64,000 nucleotides of DNA from Clostridiales bacterium DTU072 (GCA_001512685.1 LFSG01000054.1:44310-108309); one strand, 5' to 3'; numbered from the stretch's first letter, positions 20,820-32,868 are shown. Numbers and translations are program-made. The notes: generated by a model not told the origin, from the sequence alone.

Positions 20820-21992
20820 TTATAAGAATGATTTGAGTTCCGCCACCTTATCAAGCTTTTCCCAGCGAAAATCCGCTCTGCCGAAATGGCCATAGCTTGC
20901 CGTGGGCAAATATTGAGGAAGATAAAGCTTGAGATTGTCAATAATTGCTTTAGGGCGAAAATCAAATACCTTTTTTATTATCTCGGTTATTTTTTCTTCT
21001 TCAATAACCGCGGTGCCGAAAGTATCCACATCAATAGATACGGGCTTGGCCTTGCCTATGGCGTAGGCCACGCTTATTTTGCATTTCTTGGCAAGCTTAG
21101 CGGCCACTATATTCTTAGCTACATACCTTGCGTAATAGCTTGCGCTTCTGTCCACTTTTGTGGCGTCTTTTCCCGAAAAAGCTCCGCCGCCGTGGGGAAT
21201 ATAGCCGCCATAAGTGTCCACGATAATTTTTCTGCCCGTAAGCCCGCTGTCCGCGAGAGGACCGCCTTTTACAAATCTACCTGTGGGATTGATATAAATT
21301 TTGGTGTTATTGTCCATTAATCCGATAGGAACAACCTGTTTAATTACCAGTTCGGTTAAATCTTTTTTCAGTGTGTCCATATCCGCTTCTTCGCTATGCT
21401 GAGCGCTGAGCACTACAGCTTCTATTCTTGTGGGAAGGCCTTTTTCGTTATACTCCACCGTTACTTGCGCTTTGCCGTCGGGTCTAAGATAGTCCACAAC
21501 GCCTTGCTTCCTTATTTCCGAAAGCTTTTGGCACAATTTATGGGCAAGCACTATGGCTAGGGGCATGTATTCTTCGGTTTCGTCGGTGGCGTAGCCGAAC
21601 ATCACGCCTTGGTCGCCGGCGCCGATGATATCGTAATCATCTTCTTTTTTCTCCTTATATTCAAGGCTGCTGTCAACGCCCATGGCTATATCTTGGGATT
21701 GCTCGTCTATTGCCGTTAAGATGGCGCAAGTATTATAATCAAACCCAAGCTCGGAAGAATTATAACCGATATTCTTAATGGTTTGTCTTGCTATGCTGGG
21801 AATATCCACATAGGAATTTGTAGAAATTTCTCCCATTACAAGCACCAAACCCGTAGTCGCGCAAGTTTCGCAAGCCACCCTGGCATTGCCGTCTTTTTCA
21901 AGAATGGCGTCCAGAATGGCGTCGCTTATTTGATCGCAAATTTTATCGGGATGTCCTTCGGTTACGCTTTCCGAAGTAAAAAACCTTTTCAT
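20820..21992 (-). CDS. metK: S-adenosylmethionine synthetase
   Basis: 390 aa with [19 protein letters not shown] and GGGAFSGKD motifs. Confidence 0.97.
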   Translation of the reverse strand: MKRFFTSESVTEGHPDKICDQISDAILDAILEKDGNARVACETCATTGLVLVMGEISTNSYVDIPSIARQTIKNIGYNSSELGFDYNTCAILTAIDEQSQDIAMGVDSSLEYKEKKEDDYDIIGAGDQGVMFGYATDETEEYMPLAIVLAHKLCQKLSEIRKQGVVDYLRPDGKAQVTVEYNEKGLPTRIEAVVLSAQHSEEADMDTLKKDLTELVIKQVVPIGLMDNNTKIYINPTGRFVKGGPLADSGLTGRKIIVDTYGGYIPHGGGAFSGKDATKVDRSASYYARYVAKNIVAAKLAKKCKISVAYAIGKAKPVSIDVDTFGTAVIEEEKITEIIKKVFDFRPKAIIDNLKLYLPQYLPTASYGHFGRADFRWEKLDKVAELKSFL

Positions 21993-22007
21993 TCTGTTCT
22001 CCCTTTC

Positions 22008-25000
22008 TTATTCCATTAAATCGCCTATTTTGTCGTAATCCAATTCTTCATGCTCAAGCATAAAGTCTTGGGGCTTCTTTTTCTCCTCGTTGGATATCAA
22101 GGTTACGTTTTTGTATATTTTCATGCCCGTGCCTGCGGGAATAAGTTTGCCGATAATGACATTCTCTTTAAGCCCCACAAGATTGTCCACCTTGCTCTTT
22201 ATCGCGGCGTCGGTCAATATCCTTGCGGTTTCTTGGAAGGACGCTGCCGAAAGGAAGGATTCGGTTGCAAGCGCGGCTTTGGAGATACCCAGCAGCACGC
22301 GAGTAGCGGTGGCCGGCATTCCGCCTTCTTCAAGAACCTTTTCGTTAGACTCTTCAAGCTTGCTCCTATCCACCAATTCATTGGTAAGCAAATCGGTGTC
22401 GTTGGGATTGTTGACTTTAACTTTTTTGAGCATTTGACGCACAATGACTTCAATATGCTTGTCATTGATGTGAACACCGTTTGAACGGTAAGCCGACTGC
22501 ACTTCTCTTATCATGAATTCCTGCACGCCCGTTATGCCCTTTGTGCGTAAAATGTCCTGAGGATTAACCGAGCCTGCATAGAGCTGGTCGCCCGCTTCCA
22601 CTATATCCCCGTCTTTTACGATAAGCTTAACTCCGTAAGGTATCTTGTAATCAAACTTGACGTCTTCGTCTTTGTCGGACTTAATGGTAATTATTCTTTG
22701 ACCCTTGTCCTCGCTGATGCTGACTACGCCTCTAATGTCCGCCACAAGAGCTTCGCCCTTGGGTTTGCGTGCCTCAAACAGCTCCACCACTCGAGGAAGA
22801 CCTTGCGTGATATCCGACACCGACGCCACGCCGCCGGTATGGAAAGTTCTCATAGTAAGCTGAGTGCCGGGCTCTCCTATGGATTGCGCGGCGATAATGC
22901 CCACGGCTTCGCCCAATTTGACTATGTTCCATGAAGACATATTGGCGCCGTAACATTTTGCGCACAGTCCGTTTTTGGTCTTGCAAGACAAGAGATTTCT
23001 TATTCTGACTTCCTCAATGCCTGAATTTTGTATTTCTTTAGCTTGATCCTCGGTTATCAAAGAATCGGCTTCCACAATTACTTTGCCGGTTTGGGGGTTG
23101 ATAATGGGATCAATGCTGTATCTGCCCACCACTCTTTCAGCCAATTCTTCCACTACTCTGCCATTAATGTCGGTAAGTTTTTTGACCAGAAAACCTTTTT
23201 TGTCGCCGCAATCGTGTTCTTGAATAATTACGTCTTGAGCGACGTCCACAAGTCTTCTTGTCAAATAACCCGAGTCGGCCGTTTTAAGCGCGGTATCGGC
23301 TCCGCCCTTTCTGGCGCCGTGGGAAGATATAAAGTATTCCAAAACCGACAGTCCTTCGCGGAAAGAAGATTTAACGGGAATCTCTATAATTTTACCGGTG
23401 GGATCGTTCATCAGTCCGCGCATACCCGAAAGCTGTTTAATCTGCTGCATGCTTCCGCGGGCGCCGGAGTTTGCCATCATCCATATGGGATTCATTTGGT
23501 CGAATTTCTTAAAGTTGTTTTCCAAATCTCTTTCCACATCGTCGGTGGCTTTTCTCCAAATCTTTATTACCTCGCTGTATCTTTCCTCTTCGGTAATAAG
23601 ACCTCTTCTGAAGTTCTTCTCCACATTTATGACATCCGCTTCAGCTTGCCTGAGAATTTCCTTTTTGCTGCCGGGGATTCGCATATCGAATATGCTGGTG
23701 GTTATCGCGCCTATCGTGGAATACTTAAAGCCAAGCTCCTTAATTTTGTCAAGCACTTTGCTCACTTCGGTGGCGCCTTTAAGCTTAAAGCAATTTTCCA
23801 CTATTTGAGACAATTGCTTTTTGCCCACAAGAAAATCAATTTCGTAATCCAGCATTTGCTCCGGCGTTTCTCTGGGAGTAAATCCGAGGTCTTGCGGAAT
23901 GGCTTCGTTAAAGATTATCTTACCAACCGTGATGGGAACAATCTTTTTGTATGTTTTTCCGTCCAAAGTAATGCTTCGACGCACATATATTTTTGCCTGC
24001 AAATCAATGTCTTTAACTTGATAAGCCAATTTGGCTTCGTCGGGAGATATAAAGTATCTGCCCTCGCCTTTGGCGCCGGGTTTTTCAAAAGTAAGATAGT
24101 ATGTGCCTATAACCATATCCTGAGTGGGGCTGACAATAGGCTTGCCGTCCGAAAGCTTAAGAATATTGTTGCTTGCCAGCATAAGGATTCTTGCTTCGGC
24201 CTGAGCTTCTATGGACAACGGAACGTGAACGGCCATTTGGTCGCCGTCAAAGTCAGCGTTAAACGCGGGGCATACAAGGGGATGCAGCTTAATGGCTCTG
24301 CCTTCCACCAATACCGGCTCAAAAGCTTGAATTCCCAATCTGTGAAGGGTGGGAGCTCTGTTAAGAAGCACGGGATGGTCTTTGATAACTTCTTCAAGGA
24401 TATCCCATACCTGCGGTTTTTGCCTTTCCACCGCTCTTTTGGCGCTCTTGATATTATGGCAAATTCCCATATCCACAAGTCTTCTGAACACAAAAGGCTT
24501 AAACAGCTCCAACGCCATTTCTTTGGGAAGGCCGCATTGGTATATTTTCAGCTCCGGGCCTACCACAATAACCGAACGGCCGGAATAGTCCACGCGCTTT
24601 CCGAGCAGGTTCTGTCTGAAACGTCCCTGCTTTCCTCTCAACATGTCCGACAAGGATTTAAGATTTCTGTTGCCGGGGCCGGTAACGGCTTTTCCGTGGC
24701 GGCCGTTATCGATGAGCGCATCAACGGCTTCTTGAAGCATTCTCTTTTCGTTTCTGATAACTATATCGGGGGCTCCCGATTCTATCATTTTCTTCAAGCG
24801 GTTGTTCCTGTTTATAACCCTTCTGTACAAATCGTTAAGGTCGCTTGTCGCGAACCTGCCGCCGTCCAGCTGCACCATGGGACGCAATTCGGGCGGAATG
24901 ACGGGAAGCACGTCAAGTATCATCCACTCAGGCTTGTTGCCGCTTTTTCTGAAAGCTTCTATAATTTCCATTCTCTTAGCCGCTCTTATCTTTTTCAGGC

Positions 25001-25601
25001 CTTGAGAATTTTTCATTATTTCGTTCATTTCAGCCGCTTCGGCATCTAAATCCACCTCTCTGAGCAATGTCTTAATAGCCTCGGCGCCCATACCCGCGAC
25101 AAAGCTGTTGGGACCGTACTTTTCTATCGCTTCTCTGTATTCGTCATCTTTTATTACTTGTTTTTTGTAAAACTCCGTAGTGCCGGGATCAATCACCACA
25201 AAAGAAGCAAAATAAATAACCTGCTCCACATGCTTGGGACTCATATTGAGTATGGTGCTGATACGCGAAGGCACTCCTCTGAAATACCAAATGTGAGATA
25301 CCGGAGCGGCAAGCTCGATATGACCCATTCTCTCTCTTCTTACCCTGGCTTTGGTTACCTCAACGCCGCACTTATCGCAAATTATTCCTCTGTATCTTAC
25401 TCTTTTATATTTGCCGCAATGGCATTCGTAATCTTTTGTGGGTCCGAAAATCTTTTCGCAAAACAATCCGTCTCTTTCAGGCTTCTGCGTTCTGTAATTT
25501 ATTGTTTCGGGCTTGGTAACCTCGCCGTGCGACCATTCCCTAATCTTTTCGGGGGATGCTATACTTATTTGGATTGAATCAAAATTATTTATTTCTACCA
25601 T
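22008..25601 (-). CDS. rpoC: DNA-directed RNA polymerase subunit beta'
   Basis: 1197 aa with the Zn-binding motif [23 protein letters not shown] and the catalytic NADFDGDQM. Confidence 0.99.
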   Translation of the reverse strand: MVEINNFDSIQISIASPEKIREWSHGEVTKPETINYRTQKPERDGLFCEKIFGPTKDYECHCGKYKRVRYRGIICDKCGVEVTKARVRRERMGHIELAAPVSHIWYFRGVPSRISTILNMSPKHVEQVIYFASFVVIDPGTTEFYKKQVIKDDEYREAIEKYGPNSFVAGMGAEAIKTLLREVDLDAEAAEMNEIMKNSQGLKKIRAAKRMEIIEAFRKSGNKPEWMILDVLPVIPPELRPMVQLDGGRFATSDLNDLYRRVINRNNRLKKMIESGAPDIVIRNEKRMLQEAVDALIDNGRHGKAVTGPGNRNLKSLSDMLRGKQGRFRQNLLGKRVDYSGRSVIVVGPELKIYQCGLPKEMALELFKPFVFRRLVDMGICHNIKSAKRAVERQKPQVWDILEEVIKDHPVLLNRAPTLHRLGIQAFEPVLVEGRAIKLHPLVCPAFNADFDGDQMAVHVPLSIEAQAEARILMLASNNILKLSDGKPIVSPTQDMVIGTYYLTFEKPGAKGEGRYFISPDEAKLAYQVKDIDLQAKIYVRRSITLDGKTYKKIVPITVGKIIFNEAIPQDLGFTPRETPEQMLDYEIDFLVGKKQLSQIVENCFKLKGATEVSKVLDKIKELGFKYSTIGAITTSIFDMRIPGSKKEILRQAEADVINVEKNFRRGLITEEERYSEVIKIWRKATDDVERDLENNFKKFDQMNPIWMMANSGARGSMQQIKQLSGMRGLMNDPTGKIIEIPVKSSFREGLSVLEYFISSHGARKGGADTALKTADSGYLTRRLVDVAQDVIIQEHDCGDKKGFLVKKLTDINGRVVEELAERVVGRYSIDPIINPQTGKVIVEADSLITEDQAKEIQNSGIEEVRIRNLLSCKTKNGLCAKCYGANMSSWNIVKLGEAVGIIAAQSIGEPGTQLTMRTFHTGGVASVSDITQGLPRVVELFEARKPKGEALVADIRGVVSISEDKGQRIITIKSDKDEDVKFDYKIPYGVKLIVKDGDIVEAGDQLYAGSVNPQDILRTKGITGVQEFMIREVQSAYRSNGVHINDKHIEVIVRQMLKKVKVNNPNDTDLLTNELVDRSKLEESNEKVLEEGGMPATATRVLLGISKAALATESFLSAASFQETARILTDAAIKSKVDNLVGLKENVIIGKLIPAGTGMKIYKNVTLISNEEKKKPQDFMLEHEELDYDKIGDLME

Positions 25602-25610
25602 TGTTCACCT

Positions 25611-28600
25611 CTACATTTGGTCATCATCATCGAATTCGCTCTGCAAAATAGCTTCGCCGTCGTCAATAATGCTAAAGAATTCATCGGTTATGGGCTCTTG
25701 GCTTTTTTTACCGTCATCTTTTTGAAGATCCAGCATTTCATTAAGATCGAAAAGGCTGTCAAAACTATTGTTGTCCATACCGCTGTCTTCAAAAAAGTCT
25801 TCGTCGTCATCTTCAAAAAGAGTGTCTTTTTCTTGACCGAACAGCGAGTCGACATCGCCTTCAATACTGATTTCTTTAAGTTCTTCTCTGGAAGAATGAG
25901 CGGGTTCATAATCTCTTTCGTCATCAAACGATTCAAGATAATGCACTTCTTCTTCTCCCTCCGTAAGAAGCCTTACGTCCAAGCACAAACTTTGCATTTC
26001 TTTCTTCAATACTTTGAACGATTCAGGTATGCCGGGTTCGGTGGTAAGGGTGGATTTGATTATGGAATCAAACACCTTTTGCCTTCCCATAATGTCGTCG
26101 GATTTGACGGTAAGGATTTCCTGCAAGATATTGGCGGCGCCATAAGCGTACAACGCCCACACTTCCATTTCACCAAAACGCTGTCCGCCGAATTGAGCTT
26201 TGCCGCCCAAAGGCTGCTGGGTAACCAAGGAATAAGGACCTACGCTTCTTGCGTGAATCTTGTCGTCAACAAGGTGCACAAGCTTAAGCATATACATATA
26301 GCCCACCGTTACTCTGTTCTCAAAAGGCTCGCCCGTCCTGCCGTCATAAAGCTGCACTTTTCCATCCAAAGGCAGGTTGTTTTGCTGGAACATCTCCATA
26401 ATGTCATTCTCGGACGCTCCATCAAAAACCGGAGTGGCTATCTTAATTCCAATCAATTTAGCCACAAGCCCCAAATGCACTTCAAGCACCTGTCCAATGT
26501 TCATACGCGAAGGCACGCCCAAAGGATTAAGCACTATCTGAAGAGGCGTTCCGTCCGCCATAAACGGCATGTCTTCCCTCGGCAACACTCTGGAAATAAC
26601 GCCCTTGTTGCCATGGCGTCCCGCCATTTTGTCGCCTACTGAAATCTTTCTTTTTTGCGCTATATATACTCTCACCAGTTTATTGACTCCCGGCTCAAGC
26701 TCGTCTTTGTTTTCTCTGGTAAATACTTTGACATCGACAACCGTTCCGCCTTCGCCGTGAGGCACTTTAAGCGAAACGTCTCTAACTTCTCTTGCTTTTT
26801 CGCCGAAAATGGCTCTCAACAGCCTTTCTTCGGGAGTAAGCTCGGTTTCGCCCTTGGGGGTAACCTTGCCTACGAGATAATCGCCCGAACGCACTTCCGC
26901 GCCCACCATAACGATTCCGTCTTCGTCAAGATACTTCAAAAGGTCTTCGCTGACATTGGGAATATCTCTTGTTATTTGCTCCTCGCCAAGCTTTGTGTCT
27001 CTGGCTTCAAGCTCGTATTCCTCAATATGAATGGAAGTGAATATATCGTGCTTTACAAGGTCTTCGCTTATAAGAATGGCGTCCTCGTAATTATATCCTT
27101 CCCAGGTCATAAAGCCTACCAAAACATTTTTGCCCAAAGCCAATTCGCCATTTTCCACCGAAGGGCCGTCCGCGATTATCATATCTTTTTTTACCTTATC
27201 TCCCTTATTAACGATGGGTCTTTGGTTTATGCAGGTGCTCTGATTGGATCTTACGAATTTTTGAAGCTCGTATACTTCAGGCTCTCCGTTGTCGTCTCTG
27301 ATAACGACAATTTCGTCGGCGGTAACCTTCTTGACCGTGCCGTCATGCTTGGCGATTACGCATACGCCCGAATCTCTTGCCACTTTATGTTCCATGCCCG
27401 TTCCTATTATGGGCGCTTCGGGACGCAAAAGCGGCACCGCTTGACGTTGCATGTTTGAACCCATAAGAGCTCTGTTGGCGTCATCGTTTTCAAGGAAAGG
27501 AATCAAGCTTGTGGCTACCGATACCAGCTGTTTGGGATCCACATCCATATATTCGACTTGAGATGAGGGATACTCTTTAATGAAATCCCTGTATCGGCAA
27601 GTAACTCTGTCATTAATAAATCTGCCTTTTTCGTCCAAAGGCTCGTTCGCTTGCGCAATTATATATTTGTCTTCCTCGTCCGCCGTCATATACTCCACTA
27701 TGTCGGTAACCGTTCCCGTTTCCTTGTCCACCTTGCGGTAAGGAGCTTCGATAAAGCCATATTCGTTAATGCGCGCATAAGTGCTCAGCGAAGTAATAAG
27801 ACCAATGTTCTGACCTTCGGGAGTTTCTATGGGACACATTCTGCCATAATGGGAATGGTGAACGTCGCGCACTTCAAATCCCGCTCTTTCTCTGTTAAGA
27901 CCTCCCGGCCCTAACGCCGACAGCTTTCTTTTATGCGTAAGTTCAGCAATGGGGTTGGGCTGATCCATGAATTGAGAAAGCTGCGAGCTTCCGAAAAATT
28001 CTCTGATTGCGCTAGAGACAGGTCTTATATTGATCAAAGACTGCGGGGTAAGCTCGTTAATATCTTGAGCTATGCTCATTCTTTCTCTGATAACCCTTTC
28101 CAATCTGGCTATGCCTATCCTGAATTGATTTTGCAGCAGCTCCCCTACTGAGCGCACCCTTCTGTTTGAAAGGTGGTCAATATTGTCTACATCATAAAAG
28201 CCGTATTTCATTCCCAAATTGTAGTTTACCGTCGCCACAATGTCATCTACCGAAATATGCTCCAGCACCAGATTCTTGACATTTTCTCTTATGGCTTTTT
28301 TGAGACCTTCCATATCCCCTTCATATGTTTTCAACAAAGGAAGCAAATTGGGGTAATAAACATATTCCAAAATGCCCAATTCTCTGGGGTCGCAATCAAC
28401 ATAAGCGGCAAGGTCAACCGTATTGTTGCCTATAACCTTATATTCTTTTTCGTCGGGAGTGTAAATATAAACCACGTTTATGCCCAAATTCTGTATCTGA
28501 CGCGCTTTTTCCCGAGTAATCTCCTCGCCCTTTTCGGCCAAGATCTCGCCTTCAAAAACCACATCTCTTGACACCGTCTGCTTTTCTATTCTTTCGGCCA

Positions 28601-29450
28601 AGGATAATTTTTTATTGAATTTATATCTGCCTACCCTTGAAAGATCATATCTTCTGGAATCGAAGAATATATTCTTAAGCAATACGTCCACGCCGTTGGC
28701 GGTGGGCACTTCTCCGGGCTTGAGCTTGCGATAGATTTCTATCTTAGCCGCCTCTGTCGACAGTATCTCGCCGTCTTTGAGCATGGTTTCATAAATCATT
28801 TCGTCGTTGTTAAACAGCTCCATAAGCTGTTCGTTGGAGCCGTAACCCAGCGCCCTCAAAAGTATAGTGGCGGTTATCTTTCTGTTCCTGTCCACTCTTA
28901 CCGAAAGCACGTTGTTATAGTCCTGTTCAAACTCCAGCCAGGCTCCTCTGTTGGGAATTACCGTGGTGTCATAACGCATAATCCCGTTTTTGTCCGGTTG
29001 GCCTTTGGTATATATCCCCGGGCTTCTGACAAGCTGGGATACCACCACCCTTTCGACTCCGTTAATGATGAAAGTACCTTTTTCGGTCATTTTGGGGAAA
29101 TCGCCCATGAACACCATGGATTCTTTCATTTCTCCCGTTTCTTTTATTGTCAAACGCGCTTTCACTTTAAGCGGCGAAGTGTAAGTAATATCGCGGTCCT
29201 TGCATTCTTTTACGGTGTACTTGCAAGTTCCTTCCAAAGTGTGTTCAAGGAATTCCAGTTCCATTTTGCCGCTGTAGTCGGTAATCGGCGAAAAATCGTC
29301 AAGTACTTCTCTTATTCCTTGATTGACAAATTTCTCATAGGATTTTTTTTGAACTTCAATAAGGTATGGCACGTCGAGAATAGGTTTTATCTTACTGAAA
29401 CTCCATCTCTCGGTGGCGCCACACTTAATCTTGTGAATTTTTTGAGACAT
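25611..29450 (-). CDS. rpoB: DNA-directed RNA polymerase subunit beta, with a 117-aa acidic C-terminal extension
   Basis: Conserved RpoB blocks throughout ([27 protein letters not shown]). Start set to ATG at 29450, 10 nt from GGAG; the track uses TTG at 29456. Confidence 0.98.
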   Translation of the reverse strand: MSQKIHKIKCGATERWSFSKIKPILDVPYLIEVQKKSYEKFVNQGIREVLDDFSPITDYSGKMELEFLEHTLEGTCKYTVKECKDRDITYTSPLKVKARLTIKETGEMKESMVFMGDFPKMTEKGTFIINGVERVVVSQLVRSPGIYTKGQPDKNGIMRYDTTVIPNRGAWLEFEQDYNNVLSVRVDRNRKITATILLRALGYGSNEQLMELFNNDEMIYETMLKDGEILSTEAAKIEIYRKLKPGEVPTANGVDVLLKNIFFDSRRYDLSRVGRYKFNKKLSLAERIEKQTVSRDVVFEGEILAEKGEEITREKARQIQNLGINVVYIYTPDEKEYKVIGNNTVDLAAYVDCDPRELGILEYVYYPNLLPLLKTYEGDMEGLKKAIRENVKNLVLEHISVDDIVATVNYNLGMKYGFYDVDNIDHLSNRRVRSVGELLQNQFRIGIARLERVIRERMSIAQDINELTPQSLINIRPVSSAIREFFGSSQLSQFMDQPNPIAELTHKRKLSALGPGGLNRERAGFEVRDVHHSHYGRMCPIETPEGQNIGLITSLSTYARINEYGFIEAPYRKVDKETGTVTDIVEYMTADEEDKYIIAQANEPLDEKGRFINDRVTCRYRDFIKEYPSSQVEYMDVDPKQLVSVATSLIPFLENDDANRALMGSNMQRQAVPLLRPEAPIIGTGMEHKVARDSGVCVIAKHDGTVKKVTADEIVVIRDDNGEPEVYELQKFVRSNQSTCINQRPIVNKGDKVKKDMIIADGPSVENGELALGKNVLVGFMTWEGYNYEDAILISEDLVKHDIFTSIHIEEYELEARDTKLGEEQITRDIPNVSEDLLKYLDEDGIVMVGAEVRSGDYLVGKVTPKGETELTPEERLLRAIFGEKAREVRDVSLKVPHGEGGTVVDVKVFTRENKDELEPGVNKLVRVYIAQKRKISVGDKMAGRHGNKGVISRVLPREDMPFMADGTPLQIVLNPLGVPSRMNIGQVLEVHLGLVAKLIGIKIATPVFDGASENDIMEMFQQNNLPLDGKVQLYDGRTGEPFENRVTVGYMYMLKLVHLVDDKIHARSVGPYSLVTQQPLGGKAQFGGQRFGEMEVWALYAYGAANILQEILTVKSDDIMGRQKVFDSIIKSTLTTEPGIPESFKVLKKEMQSLCLDVRLLTEGEEEVHYLESFDDERDYEPAHSSREELKEISIEGDVDSLFGQEKDTLFEDDDEDFFEDSGMDNNSFDSLFDLNEMLDLQKDDGKKSQEPITDEFFSIIDDGEAILQSEFDDDDQM

Positions 29451-29600
29451 GCGCAATAAGCTCCTTTTGAAATAGAAATCTTAGAAAATGGTTCAACCGT
29501 ATTTTAATCCCCTTATAGATGGCATTATCCCCCCACCCCAAAACCTTAGTATGTTTTGAGTTGAAAGGATTTTTTTATTTATATAAGTAAACATTATAGC

Positions 29601-29629
29601 ATTATAATACACGAAGTCAACGATGTCAA
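29601..29629 (-). promoter_or_regulatory. Consensus SigA-type promoter of rpoB-rpoC
   Basis: Minus strand reads TTGACA (29624-29629)-17 nt-TATAAT (29601-29606). A second overlapping TTGACT/TATAAT pair lies just downstream. Confidence 0.65.
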
Positions 29630-29771
29630 ACAAAAAAAGTATATTTTTTTATTTATTATTATTTAGAATTATAACTTAAATTATGATTGTCTAAACTACC
29701 CAAAAAGAAAACGGTTATGCGATATTAATTTTTTGTGGTCAAGACAAAATTAATATGGTAAACTAACTAAT

Positions 29772-30029
29772 ATGAGATTGGACAAATTTCTTAAAATCGC
29801 GAGGGTCATAAAAAGAAGAACGGTAGCCAACGAAGCTTGTTCTGGAGGCCGCGTCCTTGTAAACGGAAAAGAAGCCAAGCCTTCTAAAGAAATAAAAGAA
29901 GGCGACATAATCTTGATTAAGTTCGGGAATAAAGATTACTCAATTAAGGTAATAAAAGTGCCTTCGGGAAATGTGGGCAAAGAAGACGCATGCTCTTTAT
30001 ATGAAGTAACGGGGGAAGTCAAGCAATGA
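29772..30029 (+). CDS. RNA-binding S4 domain protein
   Basis: 85 aa: MRLDKFLKIARVIKRRTVANEACSGGRVLVNGKEAKPS, an S4 fold signature. Overlaps ispDF by 4 nt (ATGA). Confidence 0.8.
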   Translation: MRLDKFLKIARVIKRRTVANEACSGGRVLVNGKEAKPSKEIKEGDIILIKFGNKDYSIKVIKVPSGNVGKEDACSLYEVTGEVKQ

Positions 30030-31123
30030 GTTTTTCCGCGATAATACTCGCTGCCGGCAAAAGCCGCAGAATGAACATAAACAAGCTGTCTTTTATGCTG
30101 GGCGAAAATTTTCTTGTCAATCACTCGCTGTTAACTTTTGCGGAAATTGAAGAGATAGAAAAAATTTATTTGGTAACCGACGACAAAACTATTAAAGAAA
30201 ATCTGTCCGTCAACGAAAATAAAGTTATTTTTATCAAAGGCGGCTTGTCGCGCTCTCAATCGGTATACAACGCCTTAAAAGAATGCGATACTCGGTTCGC
30301 GCTTATCCATGACGGGGCAAGACCTTTCGTTACCAAAAAGTTGATAAAAAGGGTTATGGACTGCTGCTCCCAAAACAACTCTGCCGTTCCCGTTCTCCCT
30401 TTGCCCGACAGCATCAGGCATATCGATAAAAGCGGCAAAATTACCGCCGCCGTGGACAGGGACAATTATCGTTTGGCGCAAACGCCGCAGGGATTCAACA
30501 CAAAAATGTTGCTTGACGCTTATGAGCGTTGCAATACTCTTAATTATACCGACGACAGCGAAATTTTTTCAAAATATTATGGACAAGCCTTTACCGTCGA
30601 GGGTGAGCACGGCAATCGAAAAATTACTTACGACAACGATTTATTCGGCATAAACGCAAGAGTGGGCATAGGCTATGATTTGCATACGCTCAAAGAAGGA
30701 CTTCCCTTTACGCTTGGCGGCGTAAAAATCCCGCACTACAAAGGCTTTGTGGCGTATTCCGACGGCGACGCGCTCATCCATTCCATTATGGACGCCTTGC
30801 TTTCAATGGCGGGGAAAAGGGATATCGGAACATTTTTTCCGGATACCCGAAATGAATATAAAGATATTTCTTCCGTTATATTATTAAAAGAAGTGGCCCG
30901 AATTCTCAAAGAAGAGGGAATAAAAATCAATAACATCAGTTCGGTTATTGTGGCGCAAAAACCCAAACTGCAGCAATATATTCCGCAAATGATAACCGTA
31001 ATTGCCCAAACGCTTGGGATTGACACCTCCAAAATTGCCGTTCATGCCACCACCAACGAAGGTTGCGGGGAAACGGGGCAAGAACAAGCCGTAGCCGTTT
31101 ATACCGTTTGCTCGGGATTTTAG
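30026..31123 (+). CDS. ispDF: Bifunctional 2-C-methyl-D-erythritol 4-phosphate cytidylyltransferase / MEcDP synthase
   Basis: 365 aa. N-terminal half is IspD-like (AIILAAGKSRRM). C-terminal half is IspF-like (RVGIGYDLH, SDGDALIHSIMDALL, ATTNEGCGETG). Confidence 0.9.
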   Translation: MSFSAIILAAGKSRRMNINKLSFMLGENFLVNHSLLTFAEIEEIEKIYLVTDDKTIKENLSVNENKVIFIKGGLSRSQSVYNALKECDTRFALIHDGARPFVTKKLIKRVMDCCSQNNSAVPVLPLPDSIRHIDKSGKITAAVDRDNYRLAQTPQGFNTKMLLDAYERCNTLNYTDDSEIFSKYYGQAFTVEGEHGNRKITYDNDLFGINARVGIGYDLHTLKEGLPFTLGGVKIPHYKGFVAYSDGDALIHSIMDALLSMAGKRDIGTFFPDTRNEYKDISSVILLKEVARILKEEGIKINNISSVIVAQKPKLQQYIPQMITVIAQTLGIDTSKIAVHATTNEGCGETGQEQAVAVYTVCSGF

Positions 31124-31132
31124 AAAAATTAC

Positions 31133-31834
31133 CTATCTTCTTCTGCCGAATATGGCAAACAATCTCAACAGGAACAAAAGCGACACCACAAAAGACGCCA
31201 CATAAGTTTGCGCGGCGACATTCAAAACTTTGGAAGCCATGGCGGCTTCGCTTTCGGTAAGGATATTGGTTTCCACGAGAATCTTCTTGGCCCGCCTGCT
31301 GGCGTTAAATTCCACGGGCAGCGTAACCAGCATAAATATGGCTGAAAAAGCGTAAAACGCTATTCCGATATAAATAATGTACATTCCAAGCTCGCTGGTC
31401 AAACCCAAAATGAGTCCCAAAATAATAAGCGGTATGGAAAGCCTAGAGCCGATATTGACAATGGGAACCATGGAAGTTCTTAATTTTACGGGCAGATAAT
31501 TGGTATTATATTGTATGGCGTGTCCCGTTTCGTGGGCCGCCACTCCGATTGCGGCGACCGAAGTGGAAGAAAACACGCTGTCCGACAAAAAAATCGTATT
31601 GTTTTTGGGATTATAACGGTCAGTCAGACTTCCTCTTACCCTATCGATTTTTACATCGCTCAACCCGGCGTTCTTAAGCATGCGGCGGGTGACCTCATAA
31701 GCCGTCATGCCCGATTGGGCGTGTATTTGGGCATATTGCCTGTATACGCCGTTAACCTTAAAACTTACATAAATTGAATATATTATCGCTGGCAGAAGTA
31801 AAAACGCCGACACATACAATAAAATATCGTACAT
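31133..31834 (-). CDS. Membrane zinc metallopeptidase (neutral Zn-peptidase, Zn_peptidase_2-like)
   Basis: 233 aa with an N-terminal TM, HETGHAIQ (HExxH) and C-terminal TM helices. Confidence 0.8.
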   Translation of the reverse strand: MYDILLYVSAFLLLPAIIYSIYVSFKVNGVYRQYAQIHAQSGMTAYEVTRRMLKNAGLSDVKIDRVRGSLTDRYNPKNNTIFLSDSVFSSTSVAAIGVAAHETGHAIQYNTNYLPVKLRTSMVPIVNIGSRLSIPLIILGLILGLTSELGMYIIYIGIAFYAFSAIFMLVTLPVEFNASRRAKKILVETNILTESEAAMASKVLNVAAQTYVASFVVSLLFLLRLFAIFGRRR

Positions 31835-31878
31835 ATTTTTTCCCCTTGAAGTTAGTATACGCCCAACGACAATTTTAT

Positions 31879-32322
31879 TTATTCGGCTTTTACCACATTA
31901 ATTTTCAGTTTGGCCACCGTTTCGGCGTACAGCCAAACGTCCACCGTATAAACCCCTAATTGTTTTATGGGCTCTAAAATAGTTATTTTCCTCTTATCGA
32001 TTTCAAACCCCTGCTCCGCAAGGGCTTTTGCTATATCTTGAGAAGTTACGCTGCCGTACATTTTGCCGTTGCCGCATTTTACCCGCACTTCTATGGTTTT
32101 TTTGCTGAGTATTTCTTTAAGTTCGACAGCTTTTTGCCTTTCGGCCTCTTTCTCTCTTCTTTCCTTTTCCAGCTTTTGTTGGCGCTCGTTGATAACGCTC
32201 TTAGTGGCTTCCTTGGCTATTTTCTTGGGCAAAAGAAAATTCCTTGCGTATCCGTCGCTCACTTCCACTATATCGTCTTTTTTCCCAAGAGTCTTAAAAT
32301 CCTGCAATAAAATTATTTTCAT
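31879..32322 (-). CDS. rplI: 50S ribosomal protein L9
   Basis: MKIILLQDFKTLGKKDDIVEVSDGYARNFLLPKK. Start set to ATG at 32322, preceded by GGGAG. Confidence 0.93.
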   Translation of the reverse strand: MKIILLQDFKTLGKKDDIVEVSDGYARNFLLPKKIAKEATKSVINERQQKLEKERREKEAERQKAVELKEILSKKTIEVRVKCGNGKMYGSVTSQDIAKALAEQGFEIDKRKITILEPIKQLGVYTVDVWLYAETVAKLKINVVKAE

Positions 32323-32491
32323 TTCGGCTCCCAATATATTTTAATCGATAATAACCAAAATCTTTTCCCTAAACATTCTTAAATGCTAAACATTATTTTT
32401 ATCTTAAATTAAAAAAAGAAAAAAGTCAAACCGTGAATTTATTTAAAAATCTTTTTACATACTACCATTGTAAAAAGGAGAATGCCAATTT

Positions 32492-32794
32492 ATGTTACAA
32501 TTGAAATGCACTACCAGCAATTGTCAGCACAACTTAAAAAATCATTGCACAGCGGGGATAATTCTTATTAACGAAAAAGGCATATGCGACACCAAAATAA
32601 AACGCGCCGGAGGGGCGCTGGAACAAACTTTTGCCGAGCTGGAAGCCGCTGAAGAATTTCTGAGCGACGCGCCTGATGTAGTGCAATGCATTGCCAATTG
32701 CGTATACAACAAAAACGACCGTTGCAACGCCAGCTCCATTTTGGTGGGAGACATGATGCTTTCCACAAAATGCGCCACTCGGATTAAACCGTAA
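32492..32794 (+). CDS. DUF1540 domain protein
   Basis: 100 aa with two Cys-rich repeats (CTTSNCQHNLKNHCTA; CIANCVYNKNDRCNA) typical of DUF1540. Confidence 0.75.
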   Translation: MLQLKCTTSNCQHNLKNHCTAGIILINEKGICDTKIKRAGGALEQTFAELEAAEEFLSDAPDVVQCIANCVYNKNDRCNASSILVGDMMLSTKCATRIKP

Positions 32795-32826
32795 AAAGTA
32801 TTTAATAACTTAAATTTGCGTAAATC

Positions 32827-32868
32827 AATCAGCCCAAAGATTACTATCTTTGGGCTGATTGTCATTTT
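32827..32868. terminator. Hairpin terminator between convergent DUF1540 gene and rplL
   Basis: Perfect 14-bp stem AATCAGCCCAAAGA/TCTTTGGGCTGATT (32827-32840 / 32847-32860) with a 6-nt loop, followed by GTCATTTTT on the plus strand. Confidence 0.7.

Noticed and set aside
21993-22007. SAM (S-box) riboswitch upstream of metK.
   Set aside because: Only 15 nt separate the rpoC stop from the metK start, so no riboswitch fits. This is reported as an observation, not a feature.
23028-25049. A 673-aa ORF on the plus strand antisense to rpoC. Similar long antisense ORFs lie at 25617-26642 (in rpoB), 15469-16254 (in fusA), 60426-61157 (in mfd) and 3840-4460.
   Set aside because: Each lies entirely inside a strongly conserved gene on the opposite strand. 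Their translations are low-complexity (F/L/K/R/H-rich) with no motifs and no RBS. Long stop-free antisense frames are an expected by-product of codon bias in highly expressed genes.
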